Of a DNA stretch of 64,000 nt, positions 1 through 12,600 are shown one piece after another. The stretch's first letter is position 1, and each line of letters starts with the position of its first letter. Origin of the DNA: Vicugna vicugna (taxonomy: Eukaryota); assembly GCA_013265495.1 (NCBI GenBank), contig MU058337.1, forward strand, positions 1,728,777 through 1,792,776, read 5' to 3'. The notes beneath the pieces were generated by a model. That model saw only the letters and a program-made list of their open reading frames with translations. It searched no databases and was not told the origin of the DNA. A program made the position numbers and the translations under genes.

Positions 1-75
1 TGTCTCTCTTTCCATCCACCTGTTGTCTGTCTGCACCCTGTTTGTTCAGGTTCTCTGGAGAACCTGGTCTGCACA
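1..75 (+). mobile_element. MLT2-like (ERVL) LTR, 3' end, cut by the window edge
   Basis: ccctgtttgttcaggttctctggagaacctggtctgcaca resembles the recalled MLT2 terminus cctattggttctgtttctctggagaaccctgactaataca. Confidence 0.45.
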
Positions 76-704
76 GTCCATGTGGGAGCAGGGAGATGTC
101 TGGCTTGCATTATTGCACCAGAGGCAAGTGTGGTGCCTGGAATAAAGAAATATATTTTAAATAGGAATAAAGGACTGGCACAAATGGAAGTTTCTCTGGC
201 TCTCCGATTGTCATGAATAAAAGAGGTAGACCCGTAAGATGGGAGTTTTGCTCACAGTCCCTGACGGAGTGTCCTCTTGTTTCCGTTATTGTTAATGAAA
301 ATGATCAATCTCACACCATGGTAGGAACATTAGTCTTGTAGGTCACCTATTCTCGGGAGTGCCGGTGAGGGACGGCGCCAACAGTGGCGGCACTGCTCGG
401 ACCACGTCACCCGGGCATGGTGTAAAATGCACTGGCACGGATGTTGAATTAAACTCCCACTTAGTGACGGGAATCACAATGACTCTGTCGTCTCTGAAAA
501 CACGCTCCCAATTTATAGGCAGTTTCCTCCTTTTTGTTTTTCAGTGTCCGCTCCAGCCTGACCTTGGTCAGGTAGCATTAACTGCTGTTTTCCACTCAAG
601 AATTTAAGCAGAGATTCTCTCGTTTGAGTTGTGTTCTCTGGGGCACCACACCCGAGACATTATTCTTTCCAGTGCTTCACTAATCTGATTTATTCACTTA
701 ATTT

Positions 705-945
705 ATTTAACAAACACTCATACATAGTGTTTATTATGTACTAGGCACCGTTCCAAGCACTTTACTAATAATTAATTGATAGTATTTGCTACTTAGCAAC
801 ACCATGAGATGAACACATTATCCATATGTGGCAAGAGAGGAAACTGAGGCACATAGAATTTGGGTAAGTTGTTAGGGCTTGTGCAGTGTAAGTGTGAGAA
901 GCAGTGTTCATCCTACAGAGGAGATCCAGGGTCTGTCCTCTAAGT
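705..945 (-). mobile_element. MIR SINE
   Basis: Antisense MIR core gaggaaactgaggcaca (~838-853), with tatgtactaggcaccgttccaagcacttta matching the antisense MIR tail. Confidence 0.75.
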
Positions 946-1769
946 GACTTTCTCTGCCGCCTGTTCTTGGTTCTGTCTGGCTCTGTGCTGCCCTTTAAGC
1001 TAGATTGCATCAGATGGTCCTTCTAGACTTTCCCCGGGCTGGACTTCACACCCCCTGCTCCACGCCCAGGAGGCTCAGGCCAGGTCCCCTCATTCTACAT
1101 TTTCCCATATAGACCTCGTACTGGTTCCCTGGTCCCCGCGGCTGGCTGGCCACACTCCCAGACAGGGAGGATGGTCACGCCGAAAGCACTTGGCTATAGT
1201 AAAAAAGAAGCCGGTCTTAAGAAAGGAAGAGGGAAAATAAACACAACTTGTTTTTCGCGTTCTCAGTCAAATCATTGAATGAAATGGGATTTCTTTAGAA
1301 ATGGGACCACTTGACAAATCAGGTTGAAATAGTCACTTGCAGGTTCAAGGAAGAGAAAGAGTCCAGGTAGCTCAGTTAATGGGTGATTAATGCCTTCAAG
1401 ACAGAAAAAACATCTCAGCAGCCTCACGGCCAGTCTGCAGAACAACAAAACGCGCCTCACTGCCCGGCAGGGCACCGCAGTGGCTCTGAAGGCTGGCGGT
1501 GGCTGTGGTGCTTGGTGACCGCGGTGTCCTACCAGGCTCGTGCCTCAGCCCCTCTGGCCACATCCCTTTCCTTGCTGACTCCTGGGTCCTCTCCCTTCTC
1601 TCTGCCTCCTACTTTCTGCTTCCCAATGATGCATGCTCCCCTTGGCTTCAAACTCATTGTTAAATTTGCTTTTATTAATGGAATGGGACTCAGGTCATCA
1701 TTCACTTTTTTCTAGTTCTCTCAATATCCTTAATTTTACTGGGGAGTAGAACTTGTCATGTATTTACTT

Positions 1770-1808
1770 AAAAACAAACAAACAAGCAAACAAAACAAAA
1801 CAAAACAA
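1770..1808. repeat. (AAAC/AAAAC)n microsatellite
   Basis: aaaaacaaacaaacaagcaaacaaaacaaaacaaaacaa, read directly. Confidence 0.85.
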
Positions 1809-2000
1809 CCATTAGGACATGCCAGAGATTGTTCACTCTGAAATATGGTCATTTTTTTTTTCATTTGACATCAGATTCTGTCTACTTGACAGTTCTCAAA
1901 TATTTGAAAAATTAACTACAGTTAATAGATTTGGTTGTTATGTCTTCAACACTTGCAAATGAAGAAAGAAGAATCTGGCCAGCTTCAGAAAGTCCAACCT

Positions 2001-2020
2001 TACTAACTCTCCTGTTTCAG
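2001..2020 (+). other. Candidate 3' splice site (branch point, pyrimidine tract, CAG)
   Basis: TACTAAC at 2001-2007 followed by tctcctgtttCAG|G. Motif only, no transcript evidence. Confidence 0.35.
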
Positions 2021-2402
2021 GAGTTGTTCGTTCCTCCAAGTGCCGGTGCTTCCCAGGAGCGGAGCTGGAGGGATGACCAAAGAGGCGAATCTCCCTCCTC
2101 CGTGACAGCAACACTGCTCGCTCAGCGGGCAGGGGTTGAGAACCTCACCAACCCCGAGCTCCGAAGAACCCCCTGTCAGTGTCAGCCTCTCCGGCTGATT
2201 TTAAGGGTCCATGATCCCTTAGACATTGTATCCAGGGGATGCTACGGGCCATCCACTTCTTTTAATCATAAAAGAGATTGTCCACAGGAACATTTTCTGG
2301 CTCCTAACATTTTCTTCTTAAAAACCAACATTGGATGCACTGCATATTTACCGGGGGGCTTGCACTGTCTGTTTAACTAACATGAGAATGGGGTTTGTTT
2401 GC

Positions 2403-2413
2403 TGCTGAGTCAC
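2403..2413 (-). promoter_or_regulatory. Consensus ARE/MARE motif (NRF2/BACH1-sMAF type)
   Basis: TGCTGAGTCAC is the reverse complement of GTGACTCAGCA, an exact RTGACTCAGCA match. Function untested. Confidence 0.3.
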
Positions 2414-3644
2414 ATACTAAGCACCCAATACACATTTGGGGGCAGAATTAACAAGTGACTACAGGTAGGTGGACATCACCTAAGCGAACCTTCTTCACCA
2501 GGCAGTATCCGTTCTGGGGGGCAGGTGTGAGAGGGAGAACATCTTACTCTTTTTATGTATAAAGCACAGATTTACGTAGAGTTACCTAAACCTAAACAGT
2601 GCACCTGCTGCCTCACAGTTTCACAGTGGGGGCTAGTTAGGGGAAAAAAGGACCTAAAAAGTTTCCTTAGGTGGGGGGAGGGGCAAAAATGAAAAAATGC
2701 TTGAGAGAAACACCGAAACAGACATTGAGATAAATGTATTACGGTGGCTTTCAGTTTTGTTCATCTGTAGACGTGTTTACACCACAGACAGCATTGCTGG
2801 GGGCTAGGACTTGATTGACGTTTCTACCAAAGGTTAGTACTTTACTCTTTCTGTAAATGTGGAGAAGTAATTTTCATTTTCCAGACAGATTAATCTTGGA
2901 CTTGATATAATCTAGGGGGAGCAGCTTTATTTTTCTGTTACTGATCATATATAGTAACACTACAATTTTTCACGTGTAATTAAAAAAAATGAAACAGAGG
3001 TGTCCGATGGCTTCTCTTCCTCATAGATGTCACTTTCATCCATCTTTTCCCCATTCTGCAAAGTGTTCTGAAGACCACATGCAACTAACGGACTGTTTCA
3101 TATTGCAACCTACAATTTGGGAGTTAATTAAGAAAATATTGTTAATTAGTTTCCTGAGCACTTCTTATCAGTACACAGGCAAACTGTCAAGCTCATTTTA
3201 AAGAAACAGTTTTGTTTCAGCTACTTATTAGGCACTTCATTGATTTCAAAGTGTATTTTAGGGAATGTGGAATATGATAACTGTAGTTCTGTTCGATTTC
3301 TTAAAGCAGGAAAGTGCATTAGACCAAAGTGATGGACAAACCAACAAAATAAAAGACAAATTGTATGAGACTAATTTTAACATGTGCATAGAGAAAGAAT
3401 AGACCTTCAACATAGAAACATAATGCCAGTTATGTAATGTTATAGAAAATAGGTGCTTGTATCTTCCCATCATGTAAAATTTATTTAGACTACAGTGTCC
3501 AAAACTTGTATGAGTGAGCCCACATGTGTCTGTGGAATAAGCAGACTTCCCAAATTGATAACTCTGAAATAAAGAACCTGGCACTGGTAAACATAGTTGT
3601 TGCAATACGTACTGGCTTGCTTATGGTTTCTCCTTTTCATTTCC

Positions 3645-4090
3645 ATGGTAAACACAATAACATCTCCTACAGGATGTTCATGTTATACTCCCTGGAATGT
3701 GAGACTACATAGGGTTACATGGAAAAGGGGAATTAAGATTGCAGATGGAATTACGGTTGCTAATCAGTTGACCTGGAAATGGAGAGGTTACCCTAGATTA
3801 TCCTGGATCATGCAGGTGGGTACACCGTTATCACAAGTGTCCTTCAAAGTAGAGGAGGGCATTGGAGGAAATAGAGAGAGTTGAGATAATACACTGTGGA
3901 GATTTGACTGGCATGCTGGCTTGAAGATGGAAGGGGGTCTTGAACTAAGGCATGTGGCCAGCTGCTACATTCTGGAAAAGCAAGAAAACAAATTCTCCCC
4001 TTGACCTTCCAGAAAGGAATGTAGCCCATCTTGGCAACATTTTGGTTTTAGCCAAGTGAGACCTGTGTCACAAATCTAACCTACAGACAC
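3645..4090 (+). mobile_element. MLT1D-like MaLR solo LTR
   Basis: aattaagattgcagatggaattacggttgctaatcagttgacc, ctggcttgaagatggaagggg and gcaagaaaacaaattctccccttgaccttccagaaaggaatg match the recalled MLT1D consensus. Confidence 0.8.
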
Positions 4091-4139
4091 ATATTTTCTC
4101 ATTGAATCTGTGAACAAGTATGTGGGGGAAGGATGGTGA

Positions 4140-4280
4140 TTTTTGTTTTACAAATGAAGAACTCAAGACTCAGAGATTTTATGTTGCTTGTCTAAATACT
4201 TAGAGCTAGTATTAGAGCCTCCCTTGAACTCACATCTGGCTTGTAAAATCTGTCCTCTTTCCTCTGTATCACAATGGCTT
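4140..4280 (-). mobile_element. MIR fragment
   Basis: ttttacaaatgaagaactcaagactcagaga resembles the antisense MIR core ttttacagatgaggaaactgaggctcagaga. Confidence 0.5.
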
Positions 4281-4829
4281 CTCAGTCTACCAGGTGCACA
4301 AAACATCACTGGAAGGATTTGATGCACTGGAAGGATTGGACTTTTTGAGTCCAGCAGGTAGGTTTATTTATTGCTAGCTATTTTTTTTTTAAAATTCCCT
4401 GTTCATATAGTACTCAGAGAAAAGAGAATAAATGAGGGGCTCAATATGTGAATATTGAAAGAATAAAAATATAAATAAGTCAATGACCAAGTTTTATTGC
4501 TGCTCCAAACAAAGCAGTGTGATATTTCAGCCAGGGATCCCATGTACTAAGGAGAACATAATTATTGCATTCTATTAACCACCAATGTTTTTCTGTGAAC
4601 TCTCTCTGAAGTTTGCTAAGCAGAATGAGTTGTTGATTCATTTATGCTCAGATAATACATTTTTGTACCCCTGAGAGATCTCTGACTAGACACTCGTGTG
4701 TCTCTTCATCTAAATTCCAAAGTCCTTGAGGAGTTGGAGCATGTCTTCCATAGTCTAGAGTACTAAGTACCTAGACATGTGCTATGAAGCACTCCTATAA
4801 GAGACTCTAGGAGGTGTCCTTTGCTCATG

Positions 4830-5205
4830 AGCACCAGAACCAATGCTGAATGACATAACAAAGGGATTTCATGGAAAGATCTTGAGTGGCTCCTGGAATC
4901 AAAGGAAGGGCTGAGCAACTAGGTCATGAGAAGACCACAACCAAAGCAATTTGTTGACCTCTCTGTAGGGGCTCTTTGACCCTCTTGGTTCACCCACCTG
5001 GTGATCTTGCCCCAGAGTCTTTGCTCAACATTCAAGTGCTCAGGAAAATCCGGCTAGTCCAACCTGGGCCAGGAGCCACTTGTGGGACCATTGGATCTAC
5101 CACCTGGAGGTTGGGAAGAGACAGTTTCCCAAAGGAAAGTGGGAGGTACCAAAAGAAAGAGCAAAGAAATTCTGAAGGGACCAAAGTTACAGAGTAAGAC
5201 AAACA
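4830..5205 (-). mobile_element. Old MLT1J/K/L-type MaLR LTR
   Basis: gagtggctcctggaatcaaaggaagggctgagcaactagg and gtttcccaaaggaaagtgggaggtaccaaaagaaag resemble antisense old MLT1 consensus segments. Confidence 0.55.
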
Positions 5206-5395
5206 TGGCTTCAAATCCTGCCTCTCCTGTCCACTGTTTGTGTGACTTTCATCTATTTGAAATTACTATCTTCATCTCTAAGATGAAAAGTATAGTAGTT
5301 TCTTCCTCTTAGTGTTGTTGTGAGGATTAAATGAGATGATATATACATGTCTTTGGCAAAGTGCCTGACACAAAATGTGCAAACAATAGCATGTA
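5205..5395 (+). mobile_element. MIR SINE
   Basis: ttcaaatcctgcctct near the start, gttgttgtgaggattaaatgagatgatat and aaagtgcctgacaca near the end. Confidence 0.7.
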
Positions 5396-5400
5396 GCATG

Positions 5401-5773
5401 TATTTTTTTAATTTAATTTTTTTATTGATTTACAATGTTAGTTTCAGGTTTCAGTTTCAGCAAACCAATTCGGTTATACATATGCATATGTTTATATTTT
5501 CTTTTCAGATTCTTTTCCATTATGTTATTATAAAAATATTGTATACAGTTCTCTGTGCGATAGAGTAGATCCTTGTTGTTTAACTATTTTATATATAGTA
5601 GTGTCTGTTACTCCCAAACTCCTAATTAGTCCCTCCCCTAACCAGTCCTCTTTGGTATCCATAGATTGTTTTCTATGTCTGTGAGTCTGTTTGGTTTGTA
5701 CATAGAATTTGTATAATTTTTTATATTCCACATAGAAGTGATATCATGTGATATTTGTCATTCTCTGTCTGAC
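5401..5773 (-). mobile_element. L1 3' UTR fragment (artiodactyl/camelid L1), 5'-truncated
   Basis: T-rich tail, then ttgatttacaatgttagtttcagg, atcccaaactcctaatt-like and atatttgtcattctctgtctgac antisense L1 3' end motifs. Confidence 0.9.
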
Positions 5774-6838
5774 AATAACATGTTCAAAAGAGACAAGTCA
5801 TACATCAAAACCCAGGAAATCACGTCCTTGGTGATGAACTGGGAGAAACAATTTCTGTTCGTTCTCTTTACTGCAGTGACTGGCCGCGGGAGATGGTTTT
5901 CGGTTGGTGTAAATAGCCAGTGTGGCGCAGTGGGGATGGGCAATAGGTTTCCTAGCAGCCCCAGGTGGCCTGGGGTTTCAGAACAACACAAAGACCTGTT
6001 GGTGGGCAAAAGATCGGATAACACTGCTAACCCACAGGTTGGTAAATCTGCCCACAGATAAAATCGAGTTGATGGTTTTTACTTTTCATCAGTCTTTTTT
6101 TTGTCACTCAGATTTGCTAGCTAAACACTGACCAGTTTCAACCTGCTTAATTTATGAAAATTGATAAGATCACAGACCATTCTTGAATAGCTTCAGCAGT
6201 CTAATTTTCTTTTGCCATAGCTATTGGAGTTGTTTGAATACCATGTTATTCTTGTCCTCCTCTTCCTTTTCATTTTTTTCCTATTGCATTGTTGAAAAAC
6301 TAAAGCAAAAGCTTTTAGTTAGCCGATCTTACTCTGCAGCGTTGACAGTCTCATAAGGTTAGAATTGTTTTATTACAAAAGCAAACATTTGAAACCAGAG
6401 ATACACAGCTAAGAATGTCTGACTGAGCAGGTGACTTCAAAGATGAATAACTAGATAGACTTCGAGAGTTTTTCAGGTTTTATGAAATGAAGTGGACCCT
6501 TTTTTTAAAAAAAAGTTCTTTAAAATGTTTTTTTCTTTTCCCTGATGTTAGGATTGGTATTGCTTATCAAAGCGCTTGATTTCAAATAGGCACAAATAAA
6601 CACGTGTACACAATCACTTGTGTTTCATTTCCTTCATTCTTTCTGAAGGAGCAAATATTTTATGAGTCATAAAAGATCAATTCTCCGTGCTCCTGAACTG
6701 CATCAAGTCACCCAAATGGAAGGGGAGTTTCGAGGAAAGGCTGATGCATGTATGCAGAATGCTCATTTCAGACCTCACTTCACTAGTAGCTTCATTCTGT
6801 CAAAGTTTTGTACCCAGGCAGCAAATAGAATATGTTTG

Positions 6839-7289
6839 TTTATTTATTTACATTTTAATTTTATTTTTTATTGAAGTGTAGTTGATCTACAATGTTAGTT
6901 TCAGGTGTAGAACAAAGCGACTCAGTTATATATATACATATATATACATATATTTTCACATTCTTTGCAAGCCTATTACAAGAAATTGAATTTGGCCCCT
7001 GTACTGTACAGTAGGTCCTTGTTGTTTACCTATTTTATATATAGTAGTGTCTATCTGTTAATCCCAAACTCCTAATTTATCCCTCCTCCCATTCCCCCTT
7101 TGGTACTCAGTTTGTTTTCTATGTCCATGAGTCTATTTCTGTATTCTTGTAAATATATTAACTTGTATAATTTCTTTTAGAAGGCACGTATAAGTGCTAC
7201 ATGATATTTGTCTCTCTCTGTCTGACTTACTTCACTTAACATGATCTTCTCTAGGTCCATCCGTGTTGCTGCAAAGGGCATTATTTCAC
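6839..7289 (-). mobile_element. L1 3' fragment with 12-bp TSD
   Basis: Antisense L1 3' end flanked by the exact direct repeat AGAATATGTTTG at 6827-6838 and 7290-7301. Confidence 0.93.
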
Positions 7290-7364
7290 AGAATATGTTT
7301 GAAGAGTCTAACTTCTTCATTAGAGAAATGTCAGGGTGGGTACTTATCACAAGAAAAATAAAGC

Positions 7365-7406
7365 ATTATTATTATTATTATTATTACTATTATTATTATT
7401 ATTATT
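7365..7406. repeat. (ATT)n microsatellite, ~14 units, one ACT interruption
   Basis: Read directly. Confidence 0.95.
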
Positions 7407-9661
7407 TCTAAAAAACTTACCTTTGGTGAACTCCAAGGATGAGACTCATTAGCTCCAGTGTAAAAACAAACCCTCGAATGACAGAGGCAGTGGGGAGATA
7501 CTGCTGATGATCTCTCGACAGCTGATGGCTGGCTCCATTTGTCCCCTACCAATTCTTAGGAGTCGTGAGGTTTACGTGGCCAAGGTGATCCTTCTGCAGG
7601 GGACGCTCAATTCACAGGGCTCCTTCAGCAGATATAAAGAAGCCCGAGTTCCACGACAGAGTTAACTTTTTCCTCGGACAACTTCAAGTAACAGAATTTA
7701 TATCTGAGACACGAACGCCAAGTTAAGATGCGCTCAGGTACGGCAAGCATCTGCTCTGCTTCAGGAGGTGAAACCGCAGTCCTGGGAGTACCAGCAGCAT
7801 CTGTGTTGAGAATCTAAAGATGGCTTTGCTACGGGTGCCATGGTGGTCTTTGCATCCATCACTATCAAAAAGCCACTCAGATGTAGTGCGAGTTTCCACC
7901 TCTTCCTAAAATGTAAGATGTCTGGGGTGAACAGCTGCCTTGTCAGTGTCTGAAAAAAGTTGGCATATTGCTATAAACTGCATATTTCTTCCTCGGGTAT
8001 TTACATAGAGCTAAGGAATGTTTAATTGCAAGTAAAGGGAAAAAGCCACATCGGGGACATCTTTTTCCAAGAAAATGTCAAAAGCTAATTCGCTTAATTA
8101 AAAGTCTGAATTACAGCACCTAATTTTTTTTAATTGAATGAGAATATTATAATAATTAAAGACAAACAATGTTTCTGAGCAATTTGGGATTAACATTAAA
8201 CTTAGAAATTCAATGTCCCACAGCGGACTTACCTCTGATTCTTTATTTTTAGATCTATGTCCTATCTTTTGGGGGGCTTTTCATTAGCAGATGTTATAGG
8301 CTGTGGCTACACGTGTAGAAAATGACCTGAACTCCATTCTCACAGTGTATAGTTGTGTGTAATTCTTTATGGTGCTCCCTAGAACATGTTAGGAAACTCT
8401 TAATTTCTTATTTAGCAAAGTCAACTTCGATGTGAGGCTATGCCCGTTAATAGTCTAAATTCTCTGTTACATAAAACTCTTTCTGGGAAGTCATTTAGCA
8501 GAATGATAGGCATTTAAAAGGATAGGCATTTGGTTAATCCTAAAACTAATTAATAGACTTGCCAGGGTTTGGAAGGGGAGGCCTATCCCAAATGCAGGTG
8601 GCTTGGGCAATGGATTCTCTACTTCCGGGGAGTGGTGTACCAGCAGTCCTTTCAGTTGACCTTCATAATGTGAAGTGGTAAGTGCCTTCCACCTCAGTGG
8701 TGACCAGGACTAAACTGCATGATTCTCTCACGTCCTTGCCGCGGAGACACTGCGTCAGTTGATCACATTCACAACTTTAAAGGGAGAAGGTTTTAGGAGA
8801 GCTCCTGAGGGGAGATGCGTTGAGCAGAGCAAAGAACGCTTCCCAGCAAACCGCCTGGCTCTCACAGTCCCCTCTTTCCCACCTACAAGTGGGGAAGATA
8901 AAAATCATCCCTACAAAGAAAGGTGACCCTCGTTTTGCTTCAGAGGTTTGCCTGGTAAGAGCTGTATGCCCGTACAAGGAAGGCGCGCCGTCCACGAAAG
9001 GGACCTGGCTTGGCCCTGGAGTGCGCCGGCCCGGCCAAGTTTCCCCTGCTGGCCCGGAGGAGAGCTGTGTTACACCGCAGCCTCTCCGCATGGGTTTCGA
9101 CTGTCTGACAACATCCTCATTAAGAGTGACAAGCCAAGCTGGTGGGGCCCAGCCCCTGCTCTTGGAGGAGAGGGGCACTAAGGATAGATCTCCATGCAGC
9201 TTTCTAACCAGGAGGGCATGAAGCACGGGGCAGGAAGGAGTTGCTTTCTCAGGGGTGCTTGGGGTAATCTTATTAAGAAACAGAGGAAGATTATTTAAAT
9301 GCCTCTTAAGCAGCAGTTCCTCCCTCTTGATAGTTTCAAGGCCAGTAATCTGGTCTTTGTTTTACTTCGGGGCTGCCAGCCCGGCTGGTGATAGGGCTGG
9401 CGTGCAGCTGATGCTGGCAACGTGCTCACTGCCGTCAGATGCCAGCTTTAGGGATGCGCACAGAAAAGCCAGAATCCTGGGCTTCGCGTGCCAGCTCTGA
9501 TTTGTATGAAACCAGCAGGTAATGTTCTTTGTTTGGAAGGATGATATTTTTTTCCCCTTTCATGATTCACAATTAATTTTCTGGCTGGAAATAATCTCTG
9601 GAAATACTGTGTCCATTGTACATGGAAGCACTCAGTAAAAAAATGTATCTCATCAGGATTA

Positions 9662-9686
9662 GTGTGTGTGTGTGTGTGTGTGTGTG
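9662..9686. repeat. (GT)12 microsatellite
   Basis: Read directly. Confidence 0.95.
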
Positions 9687-12600
9687 AGGATGTCACCCAT
9701 ATGGGTTCTGGCTGATTTGTTTTTTGAAAAATTGAACCTGAAAGGCCTTATTGCAAGGGTTAATGCTTTTCTTACTATGCCAGTAAAATAAGAAAAGCTG
9801 TTTAAATGCTCAGTTACGACCTGAAGGTCTTTTTTTTTTTTCCCAGTGCATTCTAATTTAGTGCCTAACCCCTGTGATGCCCGGCAATGAACATAAACTT
9901 GTATAATAAATTGAGAATAATAACTCCTTTTTAGATAGAAATGAGAATTAAAGGCACGGATTTGCCTTTAAACAGGTTGACATGATTCACTGAGGTTTTG
10001 GCTTATGACTGCCTCCTCCGTAAGTAGCTAGTTAGCTGAAAAACCTCAAATTATTCATCTTTTTTTTTTTCCTCCGTCCAGAGAAACCTCAAGCTGCAAA
10101 ACACGCCGACTATATACAGCCATTCTCAAAACACACAGTCATTTTCTTGGAAGAAGTCATGGCACTGGGTTGGTGACGGTGGAATGTGGATGGCCTTCCG
10201 TCAGTTATGCTAACATTTCGTCTAATCCTTTCAAAATTAAGTAAATTAAATGCTAATAAAACTCTTTTGCTGAGGTGTCTACCAGCCCCGTGAAGGTCTC
10301 AGAGGGATACCTACAGCTGCATTTGGGGTTCCAGTAGAGTGCAAGATTATTTTCTCAGGTTTCAAGCTTAAATAAGCTGAAGATTTTACCGGTTCTGGGT
10401 TGAGGTGGGGGGTGGGGTGTGAGGATTAATGGAGCCATTTTTGAAAACCGTTGCTAATCAGGCTAAAATGAATCACACATTTATTGGAACGTTGGCCACG
10501 GCGGAAAGGTCTCTTTGTGTTTGTGTGGGGGGCACACACAGCCTCCTTGGTATCTTTTGTGAACTTATTTAAGTCAGTAGTAATTCCTGGTTAAATATCC
10601 AAATCTGTGGGGAATCCAGCTATAATCCAAAATAAACTAACTTTGGAAAGTCACGTGTATTTGACTATAATGGACCCTCGTGAAATGGGTAGCCAGGTCA
10701 TTCAAATTTCTGTTTGACAACAGCCGCCAGAAAGTAATGGCTCCCTCGTGGCCAAGCTGATTTTAAACAAAGGCATCTGAGGTATTTTCTGGAGGTTTAA
10801 AATACTGTGTTGTTTTTTTTTTAAATATTTGAAACAAAATTGGTCTGGAGGAAACATAAGAGGCCTTCTAAATAATAATAGAAAAAGATATTAGAAAAGA
10901 TGTGTGTTTATGAGTTTGTTGCTTTTTTATTATATTTTTCGCGACTCCATCAAAATTGTTTTAACGTTGTTATGTGCAAAAAACTAACTCCAGTGACACA
11001 ACCATTGGTGTAGAAATAGCTCCTTCATCTAGGTGTTCTTTGAGAACACGTTTCTGCACAGCACTTGCTAAAAATGCGATTTCTGTGCTCAGAAAATGAA
11101 ATCCTTTGCTCTCCAATACTTCTGATCACCGAAAAATGTAATATTCTAGCTCATCACAGAAAATGTGGAATATATTTAGTTGCACGAGCTGAGTCTGTAT
11201 TTTAATCATAATGTGTGATTTTGTAAGGAAGTTGGGGCTAAGCAAGTGGGGGTAATTACCCCCACCCAGCTCGGTTCTACTATGAGGTTGTGTCCGTTAT
11301 GGAAAACACGTGTTACAGACTAGCTTGAGTCGTCATTACGGAAGCTGCTACCCTGGTGAATGGTCAAATATGTTATCTCCGTCCATGGTTCTCCATGTTG
11401 GAGGGTCAGTGTTTGTTAGCGGCTGGAATAGTTGGATTGTGCACAATCCTTGGGCTGTCGGGAGTTTTACACTAAACTGATCTGACTGTAGCAGAAACTG
11501 CTATTCAGCATTCTGGGGCAGGAGGCAAGAAGGAACTGACACATTCAATCCTATTTAAGCAGGATAAGAGCAATACAAATAAACTCGAGAGCAATTTCAT
11601 CAGCTGGCTGCCTAGAAATGATTATTATGCCTTGTGTTTCTCATTGGAGATTCACGGATAAGCCTCACACATTTGTTTAAAATTTGGGGGGTGAGACAGA
11701 GAGGAATTCTGCTCAAGATAAGACTTGTCCTTTGATCTGCAGGACAGAAATACGTCAAGGCGCCCACCCCCCACCTCCACCCCGCCACCCCACTTTTGTA
11801 GACTTTCAGGAATTTGAGGAGGAAAAATCAAATGAGTTTTTGTTCATCGAAGAGGCCTGGTAACACACAGCAAAACATATCAGAAAGCCCTAGGTGGGAG
11901 ATGCTTCATGACTTTGGTATGTATCATGATGACTTTGGTATTTTTTAAAACAGAAGTTGTGGTGCAGAAATACCCCTGAAGAATCTTGAAGAAAATAAAA
12001 CCGTCTCCCCCAGATGTTCTTTAATCATACAGCTGTGGAGTTGCTGCTGTAAATTCAAATGACCTGTTGTGCGTAGGGTCCTTCAGAGTGTCTTGATGGC
12101 AATGTGTTATTTCCATATGACCAACCAGAAGGCACCCACCATTTAAAAATGATTATTTTTTGCAGTTATGCATAAATGTGTGTACAATATTTAAATTGGA
12201 ACATGTTTTAGTCACTGGTGGCTCTTGGCACGTATTCCAGAATTTGAGGTAATCCAATATCGCAAGTCACATAGAAACATGGATGTGGAATAAGAAATAA
12301 AATGTATCTCATGCTCCTTAGGACTCAGGGAGGCAGAATGAATATCAACTGTGCTTTGTATGTGTATTCAGGTTTGAGGAGGGCAATGATGACTGAGTTC
12401 ATCTCTGGAGTTACCACCGATGTGATATCGATGCCTGGCTTTTCCTGATGGATTCCAGATCCAGCTGATCCTTTCCAGAATGACTTTGCTCACAGTTTTT
12501 CAGGGAACCTTCCTGTTTGGGGTCTCTGCAACTTTGTGAGGCGTGGTGCCTGAGCACAGTCTGTTCATATCACTGGCAGTTGAATGGGTTTAATCCTGAC

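Noticed and set aside
375-395. CTCF-like motif ccaacagtggcggcac
   Set aside because: One base short of the fixed CTCF core spacing; several mismatches in either register. Similar near-misses at ~21465 and ~50937.
8307-8318. 12-bp palindrome ctacacgtgtag
   Set aside because: About 15 perfect 12-bp palindromes are expected by chance in 64 kb.
8777-9226. Overlapping 149-aa and 133-aa ORFs in a mildly CpG-rich patch
   Set aside because: No recognisable protein, starts are not canonical ATG in good context, and part overlaps a MIR-like core (~8860-8920).
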